The notes: generated by a model not told the origin, from the sequence alone. Shown: positions 18,311 to 26,524, numbered from the stretch's first letter. The stretch: DNA of 62,359 nucleotides from a virus (IMGVR_UViG_3300032290_000471:1-62359), one strand, 5' to 3'. Translations and numbers: made by a program.

Positions 18311-18751
18311 TTAAGTTGAATAGTTTAGTTTATATTTTACGTTGTACACGGGACTGCATAGCCCGCATGATGAGTTGGCTCTAGGTCGTCGGTGCTTGTA
18401 GTGGGTGTGTCCCGCAGGACACACTGCCACCCACTTGCCCTTGATGGTCGCATCGTTTGAACAGCGCTGTCCGTTGCACCCAATATCAATGGCCTTGCTA
18501 CGCCATACGCTGTCGTGACCATGCCCCCTGCCTACCAAGGCGTGAGCAATCTCGTGCAATATAGTGTTTCGTACGTTGTCAGGCTCCCTGATTTTTGTCA
18601 GCGGTGCTGACAAGCCAATGCGTTTCTTGGTGTAGTTACACACGCCGAACCTGCGACGGGCATTGTCAAACTTGAACGTCCAACCGATGTCTATGAGACC
18701 ATGCTCAAGCATCAGCTCAAACGCCAAGTCCTCAGCATCTTGTAGTGTCAT
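18311..18751 (-). CDS. SprT-like zinc metalloprotease
   Basis: RRFGVC, HEIAH, GHGHDSVW, C-terminal Cys/His cluster. Confidence 0.85.
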   Translation of the reverse strand: MTLQDAEDLAFELMLEHGLIDIGWTFKFDNARRRFGVCNYTKKRIGLSAPLTKIREPDNVRNTILHEIAHALVGRGHGHDSVWRSKAIDIGCNGQRCSNDATIKGKWVAVCPAGHTHYKHRRPRANSSCGLCSPVYNVKYKLNYST

Positions 18752-19071
18752 ATGAATGTGATTTGGTTTTTAATTTCATTGATATCTGACTTGGCGCTTA
18801 CGCTGTCACCCTCGTCATCAGCGCCTATGATGACCGCATTGTTGTAGATGGGATATGACCAATAGGGCATTATGAACCCGCCCACAATGTCGTTGGGGCG
18901 AAGAAGTATCTCGTCATCCGAGAACATGGTGTCGTCATTGTCAAACCTTATAGGTGCGCAGAAGCAGGTGCAGTTGTTGCCGATAACACCATACAGTTCT
19001 CTGAAGTCGCCACCCTTCATTTCAATTTCGTAGACGTCTCGTTTCTGTACGTCAATTTTAATTGCTCTCAT
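18748..19071 (-). CDS. DUF3846-like hypothetical protein
   Basis: MRAIKID...LYGVIG...DDE...IIGADDEG. Confidence 0.6.
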   Translation of the reverse strand: MRAIKIDVQKRDVYEIEMKGGDFRELYGVIGNNCTCFCAPIRFDNDDTMFSDDEILLRPNDIVGGFIMPYWSYPIYNNAVIIGADDEGDSVSAKSDINEIKNQITFI

Positions 19072-19258
19072 GTCGTTTGATTTTATAGATTCGTATTCCA
19101 TCGACTACCTCCACGTCGATGTTGTAGTTAAGGAAAAGATTGTTGAGGTTTTCCAAAAATGTTTTGCGGTCATTGTCCGATAGGTATAGGAGTCTGTCAA
19201 TTACTGACTGAAGAATCTCCTTTCTCTCTATCTCAATGTGGTCTGTGTACTTTGTCAT
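19058..19258 (-). CDS. Hypothetical protein
   Basis: 66-aa ORF in operon. Confidence 0.5.
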   Translation of the reverse strand: MTKYTDHIEIERKEILQSVIDRLLYLSDNDRKTFLENLNNLFLNYNIDVEVVDGIRIYKIKRHESN

Positions 19259-19262
19259 ATGT

Positions 19263-19511
19263 TTAGATTGTTAATGTTGGTATTACACCATTGCGCCCAT
19301 AAAATAATACACCTCCGTCATTGCCCTCATCGTCCGATGACAACACACACATCTCGCTGTTGTCTAACATAAAACAGATTGGTCGCTTATACCAACCCAT
19401 CATCTCCATCTCCTCGTCGGTGAGGTATCTGACTTCAGTAATTGTTCTGCCCGCCAATACTTTGTTGGCTACATCGCACCAATGCGATAAGATTTTCATT
19501 TTTTCTTTCAT
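19263..19511 (-). CDS. Hypothetical protein
   Basis: SDDEGNDGGVLF motif. Confidence 0.65.
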   Translation of the reverse strand: MKEKMKILSHWCDVANKVLAGRTITEVRYLTDEEMEMMGWYKRPICFMLDNSEMCVLSSDDEGNDGGVLFYGRNGVIPTLTI

Positions 19512-19522
19512 TGTAATTTGAT

Positions 19523-19768
19523 TTAGTTTTTAATTGTTTTGAAATCATCTTCTGTTATTACCATAAGCACATCCAACTTCTCGCCATAATCTTTGGTTAT
19601 GAAGTGGACGAGATTGCCATCATCTTGCAAGTCATCTATAGTCATCTCCGTCTCCCACCCGTCCTCAATTCTGCTGATGCCAAACTCACGCAAATCTTCT
19701 ATCCCTTTGAAGTAGTATGTAGTTCCATCGTCGCTAAAAATTAATCTGTATATTACTATCTGTTTCAT
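19523..19768 (-). CDS. Acidic hypothetical protein
   Basis: Likely start MKQIVIY at 19768. Confidence 0.55.
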   Translation of the reverse strand: MKQIVIYRLIFSDDGTTYYFKGIEDLREFGISRIEDGWETEMTIDDLQDDGNLVHFITKDYGEKLDVLMVITEDDFKTIKN

Positions 19769-19779
19769 GTTGTTTGGTT

Positions 19780-20139
19780 TTATAGTTCTGCGTTGAATGA
19801 GCAAGAGCCTTGTGCCTCTACACAATCCTTAATCTTGTTGCCCAATATGTAATCGGCATAGTCAGATAGGTCCGTCTCAAGTATGCCATTCTCCTTGAGA
19901 ATTTGGTCGTTGTAGCCTCTGCTACTACCAAAGAAGTCGTCCATTTTCTTCATCCTATCTCCTAACTTATCCTCAATCCTCTTCAGCTCGTCCTTAATAT
20001 CTTGTAGATGACTCTCGTCAAAGTAAAAGTCAACTGATTGTGGCTCGATCATCTCTCCGCCGAATCTTTCTGCGGCTACTGATGATTGCACAGCGAACCA
20101 AAACTTTCCTTCAATGTCTCCGTTGTAATAGCGTCCCAT
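19780..20139 (-). CDS. Hypothetical phage protein
   Basis: MGRYYNGDIEGKFWFAVQSS N-terminus. Confidence 0.7.
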   Translation of the reverse strand: MGRYYNGDIEGKFWFAVQSSVAAERFGGEMIEPQSVDFYFDESHLQDIKDELKRIEDKLGDRMKKMDDFFGSSRGYNDQILKENGILETDLSDYADYILGNKIKDCVEAQGSCSFNAEL

Positions 20140-20184
20140 AATACTTGTACAGTTTTTTATGTGGTGGCTCCACGTTTTTTTTAT

Positions 20185-20505
20185 TTAGAATTGTGTCCAA
20201 TACATGAACTCATCATTATACGCCTCAGATAAGTCCTTGTATCCTTTAAGATTTGCATATAGAAGTGCGTCCTTCTCGTACTTGAAATATTCATCGCCGT
20301 CGCCAACAACCCACCCCTCGTCCATCTCCTCCTTCGTGGCTGAACAGGTCCTGCCATGGCACTCAACAATGTAGCGCTCACTCGGTACTTGCGGTACCTC
20401 CCTAAGCATATCAATAGGCACCTTGTCCATTGCCTCTTGGTCGTCTGCTGCGTCCACCTCAACCGATACAGTTGAAGTCGTGACTAATGTTATTGTGTAT
20501 CTCAT
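20185..20505 (-). CDS. Acidic hypothetical protein
   Basis: Likely start MRYTITL at 20505 overlapping the upstream stop. Confidence 0.55.
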   Translation of the reverse strand: MRYTITLVTTSTVSVEVDAADDQEAMDKVPIDMLREVPQVPSERYIVECHGRTCSATKEEMDEGWVVGDGDEYFKYEKDALLYANLKGYKDLSEAYNDEFMYWTQF

Positions 20506-21032
20506 TTGTATTGGTATAAACTCATTAAACATTTCTTTATATTCTTATCAGCAAACACCTCCTCAATAGATTCGAATCTGCCTGAGCAGTTGCTGCCATT
20601 TACCATGTACGTGACGTAGATGTACGAAAACACACCCTTGTATGAATGCGTAGTACCATCGGGTAGCGTCAGATACTTTGACTCACACACATACTCCCAC
20701 CTTATGTTGTAGCTGTCGTATGGTGAGTTCGGTTTCTTTATCCTGCCCTTAGCGTAATAGATGTCCGACTCATCTGTCGCTATTATCCCCATCCCCTCTA
20801 AGTCCTCGTTGAGCCGTTTCACATCGTCACTGACCTTCGCCTTCATCGCCTTCAGTAAACTCTCGCTGATGGCTTGATGCTCCGCAAGTATCCTTGCTGA
20901 TTCGCCGATGGCGTTGTCAATCTCGTTTCGGTTGATGAGACCATGGCGCGTTGACGCGCCCTCTGTTTTGTTTAGTTTTGCGAACTCGTCTCTGAGGTCG
21001 CTGATAATCTTGTTTTGCTTTGTTGTCAACAT
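20502..21032 (-). CDS. Hypothetical protein
   Basis: 176-aa ORF. Confidence 0.65.
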   Translation of the reverse strand: MLTTKQNKIISDLRDEFAKLNKTEGASTRHGLINRNEIDNAIGESARILAEHQAISESLLKAMKAKVSDDVKRLNEDLEGMGIIATDESDIYYAKGRIKKPNSPYDSYNIRWEYVCESKYLTLPDGTTHSYKGVFSYIYVTYMVNGSNCSGRFESIEEVFADKNIKKCLMSLYQYK

Positions 21033-21050
21033 ACTTTGTTTGTTTATTGG

Positions 21051-22067
21051 TTATATATAATTTGCCTTCTTGTACCACGAGTGGCAGGACTTGCACAGCT
21101 TGGTTTTCTCATCGTGTATCACGTCGCCCCAACAATCTTGACACACACTGCCGTATGGCTCCTTCGGCACGTCCTTGTCCCAATCCCAATCATCCCACCC
21201 GAAGTAGTAGTCGTCCTCAATCTTTTTGGCTTGCTTCACCTCCACGTAGTCATCGTCCCAAAGTGTCTTGACGGCATACTTGCCGTTGGGAGCGGGTGGC
21301 GCTTTGGTATATGACGGCGCTTTGTACCGGTACTTGTGCGAGTACACCGCAGTGCACTGAGAGATGATAGTCATGCACATCTGTAAGCAATCCTCTACGT
21401 CCCACACATTGACATACTCGTCAGCCATGTGAGGTCGGTAGTAGCCACACGACATATTGGCGACTGAACACTTGATACCATTCTGCTTCAACGCCATAAC
21501 ATCGGTCATCATCCCCTGAGCAAACTTGTACCCATGCCTGCTGATGATGGGCTTCACCGCCTCTTGAAAGTCACAGGAGCTGAGGTCGACACCACTTGCC
21601 ACCGTCACGAAGTCATCATTACCCTTGCGGTCACACTGCAACACAAACCTGCAATCCTCAAAGAAGGTCATGTCAGCCACATACGAGCCGTTACACCCCA
21701 CCTCCTCGTCGCGAAAGAACGCCACCTTCATCACGTCAAACCGCTCCAACATCTCAAGGGTGATGTATACACCGACCTTGTCGTCGCCACCGATACCCGT
21801 CTGCTCCATCCTCACCCTATTGAAGCCCGTAATCAGCCCATCAAACTCAATAGGATGCAGGTCCTCAACAATGTCATGAACTGTGTCCATGTGTGACACC
21901 ATGCATGGATATGTGATGGCGTCGCCCTTGGTCACGTAGATATTGCCGTTATGTGTGTATATTGTTGTGTTTGGTATCGCCTTGACACGCCTTACGATGT
22001 ACGCAAACATTCTCCATTGGTCGTAGCTCTCTGATTGTATAGAGAGTACCTCTTTTAGTCGTTCCAT
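21051..22067 (-). CDS. M20/M28-like zinc peptidase with C-terminal Zn-ribbon
   Basis: SHMDTVH, GGDDKVG, DEEVG, QCDRKG, YYRPH, CQDC...CKSC. Confidence 0.85.
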   Translation of the reverse strand: MERLKEVLSIQSESYDQWRMFAYIVRRVKAIPNTTIYTHNGNIYVTKGDAITYPCMVSHMDTVHDIVEDLHPIEFDGLITGFNRVRMEQTGIGGDDKVGVYITLEMLERFDVMKVAFFRDEEVGCNGSYVADMTFFEDCRFVLQCDRKGNDDFVTVASGVDLSSCDFQEAVKPIISRHGYKFAQGMMTDVMALKQNGIKCSVANMSCGYYRPHMADEYVNVWDVEDCLQMCMTIISQCTAVYSHKYRYKAPSYTKAPPAPNGKYAVKTLWDDDYVEVKQAKKIEDDYYFGWDDWDWDKDVPKEPYGSVCQDCWGDVIHDEKTKLCKSCHSWYKKANYI

Positions 22068-22069
22068 AA

Positions 22070-23341
22070 TTATGCTACTTTATTTACGATTGATTCATGA
22101 TAATAGTCCCCATTTACTTCATACGCCTCAGTTCTTAGTATCCAATTGCCCTCGTAGTCCTCTACGCAATCCTCGGTCCTGTAATACTTCTCGTCTCTCT
22201 CGCAGTACACAGCGTCATCGGCAAGTACCCACTCGCCCTCATCGTCAAGGTATCTGATATCGTCATCGTCCTTCTCATACCAATCCCCACTGACCTGCAC
22301 GATATGAGTATCCTCGTCATGAGTGGTCCACACATTACCTCCCACATGTATAGCGTGATTGTCACACACATACTCACCCCGATACTGACCTCTGTCAACA
22401 TAGTACATCTCATCCTCGGGATACTCACGCCCACACACACAGCACTCCATCCACCTTGTGTCACCCTCTCTGCTACCGCCCGTATCATTGTAGGTGTATT
22501 CGCCACTGCCGTAATTATTGAGGGAGTTGTAGTCACCATTTGAGAACGTGTCTATGTATGGGTAGTAGTCCCACTCTGCTTCTCCCTTGTTCTTCGTCCA
22601 CACAATCAGCTTCTTCTCAAACTCACCCTCGTTAGACATGAACATACGCTTGTCGTCATAGGACTTGTAGTTCTTCTTCCAAAACCAATTCTCTTGGTCC
22701 CGAGCATAGTCAATGAACATCTCATAGTAATGCTCCCGAGCCACATACACCCTGTCCATAAACGTCTTGCCCTCAGGCAGTCGCCACAGCAATGCCCGAC
22801 CCGATAGCAATCCCTCGTTGTTGTACATACATAGGATGTCAACGTCAAAGAGGTGGTAGAATGTGAGGTAGTCCCTGTCCCCATTCATACACGAGCCGTT
22901 GAGCGAGGCACCTCCGTCCTCCCTTTTCTCGCAGTACACATCGGGGATGGCTGTGTTCGGCTTGATGACAAATGTCTTCGCCTCAGCCTCACACTTGGCT
23001 TGGTAGAACCTTGCGAACACCTCGTAGTCAGTGTCCTTGAACCGCTTCTGTGCCTTAGGTGTGAGGACCTTACGGATAACACGAGAGGGGCGACCATTTT
23101 GGCGACCTTCTCTTGACCAATCACCTTGGTCATTGACCTTGTGCTCCTTACCTGCGGGTAGGAAACTGATTGTTCCGTCATTTCTGAACGTGAGGTAGTC
23201 AATTTCCTTGTCAGTCACAGCCAACTTGTAGGCATTGTATTGACTCCTTTTAAGCCATACGCACTCATGCAGTAGGCTTGCAATCTTGCTCTCCTCTCGC
23301 TTCTCGCAGAGGAAAGCCCTGAAACTTTCAGAGTAGTTCAT
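22070..23341 (-). CDS. Conserved phage protein (SCM/GRALLW/MDRVY/PYxDT) with acidic Cys-containing C-terminal repeats
   Basis: Motifs visible; likely start MNYSES at 23341. Confidence 0.7.
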   Translation of the reverse strand: MNYSESFRAFLCEKREESKIASLLHECVWLKRSQYNAYKLAVTDKEIDYLTFRNDGTISFLPAGKEHKVNDQGDWSREGRQNGRPSRVIRKVLTPKAQKRFKDTDYEVFARFYQAKCEAEAKTFVIKPNTAIPDVYCEKREDGGASLNGSCMNGDRDYLTFYHLFDVDILCMYNNEGLLSGRALLWRLPEGKTFMDRVYVAREHYYEMFIDYARDQENWFWKKNYKSYDDKRMFMSNEGEFEKKLIVWTKNKGEAEWDYYPYIDTFSNGDYNSLNNYGSGEYTYNDTGGSREGDTRWMECCVCGREYPEDEMYYVDRGQYRGEYVCDNHAIHVGGNVWTTHDEDTHIVQVSGDWYEKDDDDIRYLDDEGEWVLADDAVYCERDEKYYRTEDCVEDYEGNWILRTEAYEVNGDYYHESIVNKVA

Positions 23342-23357
23342 AACTGTTTGATTTGTT

Positions 23358-23380
23358 AGTGTCTTCAAAGACACTCGGTT
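23358..23380 (-). promoter_or_regulatory. Palindromic AGTGTCTT-nn-AAGACACT element, copy 3
   Basis: About 16 nt upstream of ATG 23341; matches copies at 24380 and 25063. Confidence 0.75.
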
Positions 23381-23418
23381 AAGGAATAGAAAATGTGTGG
23401 TTAATTACTAATAATACA

Positions 23419-23426
23419 CAAATATA
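23419..23426 (-). promoter_or_regulatory. Bacteroidota -7 box TATATTTG
   Basis: Consensus match upstream of the palindrome and ATG. Confidence 0.65.
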
Positions 23427-23472
23427 GCACATATTAAGATAACATCCAAATTTATTTGGGTGTTATTTTGTT

Positions 23473-23649
23473 CTACGCCACTATATTTTGTTCCAAAAGT
23501 TGCTCTGCCTTTTGGATGGTGGCATGATACCTTAAATCGTACATGTCCTCATCGTCATAGTCGTAGTAGTTCAAGTTTAGGTATTCACACACCTGCTTGT
23601 CAGTCCAATCCCTGACGATGTTGATGGCTAATTGATACGCGTCTTGCAT
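23473..23649 (-). CDS. Small acidic hypothetical protein (58 aa)
   Basis: MQDAYQLAINIVRDW...; AAATCAAATCAA leader; not in ORF track. Confidence 0.6.
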   Translation of the reverse strand: MQDAYQLAINIVRDWTDKQVCEYLNLNYYDYDDEDMYDLRYHATIQKAEQLLEQNIVA

Positions 23650-23692
23650 TTGATTTGATTTTATGGTTTCGTAGTACGCTAAAGCGTACTAT

Positions 23693-23929
23693 TCAATTAT
23701 GTTTCATCCCACTGCATACGCCGTACCCTTTGCGTTGGGATAATCTGATTATATTGTCAGCCACATCCCGAGGCACCACCTGTATCGTGTTGCCTGTTTT
23801 GTGGTTCGTGATGGGTACGCCACCGACACGCTGAACATTTGAGCAGTTCACGCAGTTCTTGTAGCCGTACCTCGTGAGGCGGAGCAACGGCATAGCCCCG
23901 CCACATTTTACGCAGTTTGTCGTTTCCAT
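23693..23929 (-). CDS. DksA/TraR C4-type zinc-finger protein
   Basis: CVKCGGAMPLLRLTRYGYKNCVNC matches CxxCG..IP..RL......CxxC. Confidence 0.7.
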   Translation of the reverse strand: METTNCVKCGGAMPLLRLTRYGYKNCVNCSNVQRVGGVPITNHKTGNTIQVVPRDVADNIIRLSQRKGYGVCSGMKHN

Positions 23930-24099
23930 TAGTATCCAATTAATCCCGATCTTTTGGAACCAAAGCACGCATTGTTTGGGCAGCCTTTGGCATTTCGGCA
24001 GTTTTTAATGTAGCCGCACGATGATAGTGCGACCATCATGGCGATGCAGGCAATTAGCAATAGGGTTAAGTTGTGGCTGATTTTCTCGTTGTTTGACAT
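23929..24099 (-). CDS. Small Cys-rich lipoprotein (56 aa)
   Basis: MSNNEKISHNLTLLLIACIAMMVALSSC-GYIKNCRNAKGCPNNAC...; lipobox LSSC; TAATG coupling to next gene. Confidence 0.6.
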   Translation of the reverse strand: MSNNEKISHNLTLLLIACIAMMVALSSCGYIKNCRNAKGCPNNACFGSKRSGLIGY

Positions 24100-24110
24100 T
24101 TTACTTGAAA

Positions 24111-24365
24111 TTAAAGGTTATGAAATATGTATAAGATGCTCATAAAGAAGCACATGACTCCACCAACGAAGATGGCAGTCATGTATTTTTCTCTTATCCA
24201 CCCAATACTATGAGCAGATACTCCAAATAACATTGCCGACATTGACCATGTCATTTGAAGGAATAGCATTTGAAAGGGTGTGTTATCCCACGACACGATG
24301 GCGTAGGATGAAATGGTCATGTAGAAGATACTGACCACTGCAAAGAAGATTGATAATGTACGCAT
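24111..24365 (-). CDS. Three-TM membrane protein
   Basis: Likely start MRTLSIFF at 24365; three hydrophobic segments. Confidence 0.65.
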   Translation of the reverse strand: MRTLSIFFAVVSIFYMTISSYAIVSWDNTPFQMLFLQMTWSMSAMLFGVSAHSIGWIREKYMTAIFVGGVMCFFMSILYIFHNL

Positions 24366-24379
24366 TTGATTTGATTTGT

Positions 24380-24403
24380 GAGTGTCTTCAAAGACACTCG
24401 GTT
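24380..24403 (-). promoter_or_regulatory. Palindromic GAGTGTCTT-nn-AAGACACTC element, copy 2
   Basis: About 14 nt upstream of ATG 24365. Confidence 0.75.
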
Positions 24404-24492
24404 TGAAATTAATTGTAGCCGCATCCCACCACAGCACGCCACCACACCCGACCTCATCCGACCACAGCCCGCCATGATAGTATGATAGTGCG

Positions 24493-24521
24493 AAAAAAAA
24501 ATTAGGGGCCGTAGCCCCTAA
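24493..24521 (-). terminator. Intrinsic terminator after first early gene
   Basis: UUAGGGGC-UACG-GCCCCUAA plus U9. Confidence 0.85.
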
Positions 24522-24523
24522 GA

Positions 24524-25048
24524 TTATTTGATTGCTTTTTTGATTTCTTCAATCAGCATGGTGGCGAATTCTTTGGATATTGTACCCGATATTTTTATAT
24601 CGCCCTTCGCACTGCATGAGGCTTTGAACATTTGAGGCTTCGCCTTTGGTTCCTTCACTTCGCCTTCGCCTTCGCCTTCGCCTTCACTTTCTCCGCCCTC
24701 CGCAAATTTTATGAACTTTGCGATTGAGCAAGTATTGCCTTGTGCGTTCTCCATTGCCTCATAATTTTTGCGGGTTTGGGTGTCAATTTTCGCCGCCTTC
24801 ATTATTTTGTAAGCCCATGATTTCTCAATCTTATATTCACCCTTTATAAACTCCTCAATAGTTGGGTAAGGATTGCCTTGCGTCTTGTAGTATTCCTTGC
24901 CTTCATCAGTTTTGAACTTTGGGATATCAACATTTAGAACTTCACCCATTTCAATGGAAATTGCAAATTTTGTTTCTTCGCACTGCTTTAATTTTGCATT
25001 TAATTGTGCGAACTTTGCGAACTGAAAAATTGTTTTTTTGTTGCTCAT
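24524..25048 (-). CDS. First early-arm protein with EG-repeat linker
   Basis: Likely start MSNKKT at 25048; (TTCGCC)4 at 24659-24682 encodes EGEGEGEG. Confidence 0.7.
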   Translation of the reverse strand: MSNKKTIFQFAKFAQLNAKLKQCEETKFAISIEMGEVLNVDIPKFKTDEGKEYYKTQGNPYPTIEEFIKGEYKIEKSWAYKIMKAAKIDTQTRKNYEAMENAQGNTCSIAKFIKFAEGGESEGEGEGEGEVKEPKAKPQMFKASCSAKGDIKISGTISKEFATMLIEEIKKAIK

Positions 25049-25062
25049 GACTTTTGTTTTGT

Positions 25063-25087
25063 GAGTGTCTTTGAAGACACTCGGTTT
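25063..25087 (-). promoter_or_regulatory. Palindromic GAGTGTCTT-nn-AAGACACTC element, copy 1
   Basis: About 14 nt upstream of ATG 25048; an extra half-site GAGTGTCT at 25101-25108. Confidence 0.75.
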
Positions 25088-25127
25088 GTTAATTTTTGGG
25101 GAGTGTCTACTTCCCCGATTGACAATA

Positions 25128-25135
25128 CAAATATA
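25128..25135 (-). promoter_or_regulatory. Bacteroidota -7 box TATATTTG (leftward early promoter)
   Basis: Consensus match next to an AT-rich upstream tract. Confidence 0.7.
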
Positions 25136-25433
25136 AGACACTATTTTAACACTACAAAATTTTTTTTGTGTTTTTTTTGTTTTTTATTAAAAATTTCGTT
25201 TTTATTCAATGAAATGACTATTTTGTTAGATGCCATCTAAAAAACTAACTATTTCATTTGAAATAATTTAATGAATAGGCGAAAAAATTAGAAATGAAAA
25301 TGTAATGGCTAGTAACGGATAGGGATAGACGAAAAATAAAGAACCTAAATTTTGGGAGGGGGTATTGCCCCTATGCGAAAACTAACTAACATTTGTTAGT
25401 TTTTTATTTTTTTCGTGTATGCGAAGCCGTTAT

Positions 25434-25580
25434 ACTAACGGGGATGAACACACGAAACGGGCTGACTAACGGGGACGCGTAGACGAAAGGGGACTAACGG
25501 GGACGGATAGGTGAAACGAATGTACTAACGCACACCCGTACACGAAAACGCCAAAATATCGGTGACGCGTACACGAAAGG
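25434..25580. repeat. Iteron-like ~30-bp imperfect tandem repeats (ACTAACGGGGA...ACGAAA)
   Basis: Units begin at 25434, 25465, 25493 and 25524; partial unit at 25564. Confidence 0.75.
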
Positions 25581-25712
25581 ATCCCCCACCCCCTAATTTT
25601 TTTTTCGGTTTCCATTTCGGGTGCCGAATCGCAAAACGGGTATATTACCCCCACATTCATGGCATCTGATATAAAATGAGTCTTTCATCGGAAACCATCC
25701 GATAAAAGGGTG

Positions 25713-25720
25713 TATATTTG
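25713..25720 (+). promoter_or_regulatory. Bacteroidota -7 box TATATTTG (rightward promoter)
   Basis: Consensus match 20 nt before ATG 25741. Confidence 0.7.
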
Positions 25721-25740
25721 ACTAACTAAAATATTTTACT

Positions 25741-25959
25741 ATGCCAAGATTAAATTTGTCTAACAGCATTTATCAGCAAAAGGGTTCGGGATACGGTTTG
25801 ACTGTTAAGGACGGGATGTTGATTAATAATCGTCCATGTGGTCAGACAGGAATCAAGCAAATTTCCGACATGAAGAAGGAAATCAGACGCCAAGAAAAGA
25901 TCGAAATCGTCGCTCAGGGCATCAACAGAGCAGAGGATATGAAAAAATTTGTGTTTTAA
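25741..25959 (+). CDS. Hypothetical protein
   Basis: 72 aa, own promoter and terminator. Confidence 0.7.
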   Translation: MPRLNLSNSIYQQKGSGYGLTVKDGMLINNRPCGQTGIKQISDMKKEIRRQEKIEIVAQGINRAEDMKKFVF

Positions 25960-25986
25960 TTGTGTGGTTTTACTCGTTTGATTTGG

Positions 25987-26017
25987 GCGGGACTTTTCTA
26001 AGTCCTGCTTTTTTTTT
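25987..26017 (+). terminator. Intrinsic terminator
   Basis: GCGGGACUU-loop-AAGUCCUGC plus U9. Confidence 0.8.
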
Positions 26018-26045
26018 GCAATTATGTATAAATTCGTCGTTAGTG

Positions 26046-26199
26046 GTGTCGTTTTTACGACGATTATTTTTCACTAACTAATTGATTATCAATACTAATG
26101 TCAATAATGTTGATTTTTTCTTTCTTTTATAGTCATAAAAAAATAATAATAATAATAGAGAGAGAGAGAGAGATAGGGAAGAAAAAATTCGACATTTCG
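26046..26199. repeat. 154-bp imperfect direct repeat, copy 2 (origin-like element)
   Basis: Aligns with 14665-14818. Confidence 0.85.
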
Positions 26200-26214
26200 G
26201 TATAAATTTGGTTT

Positions 26215-26496
26215 ATGGCAAGAAATCGCATCAAAGTGGTTTACACAAAATTGGGTAGGGAGAAGGTTTGGGGGCTTGCTCACATTGGTGATAATTTGAT
26301 TGAGTTGGATGCGAGGTTGAAGGGGAAGAAGCATTTGGAGATATTGGTTCACGAGGCGGTGCATCTTCTTCTGCCTGAGGCAGACGAGGAGGAGGTGGTG
26401 AGGGTGTCAGTTGCTTTGACTTTGCTTTTATGGGCTGAGGGGTATAGGCGTGTAGATGGCGATGAGGAAATTTTTTTGCAGGATGGTATGCAATGA
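26215..26496 (+). CDS. Small HExxH metallopeptidase-like protein
   Basis: WGLA...IELD...ILVHEAVH...EEEVV; TAAATTTG box at 26203-26210. Confidence 0.7.
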   Translation: MARNRIKVVYTKLGREKVWGLAHIGDNLIELDARLKGKKHLEILVHEAVHLLLPEADEEEVVRVSVALTLLLWAEGYRRVDGDEEIFLQDGMQ

Positions 26497-26524
26497 CTAA
26501 ATTTGTTTTACAAAATCGAATCAA

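Noticed and set aside
23374-25141. Longer ORF starts at 23374, 24437 and 25141 with a shared PSVF.DTH peptide
   Set aside because: The shared peptide is just translation of the repeated palindrome in the 5' leaders
25434-25580. CRISPR mini-array
   Set aside because: Constant part is only 7-11 bp, period about 30 bp, the intervening sequences resemble each other, and no cas genes are present
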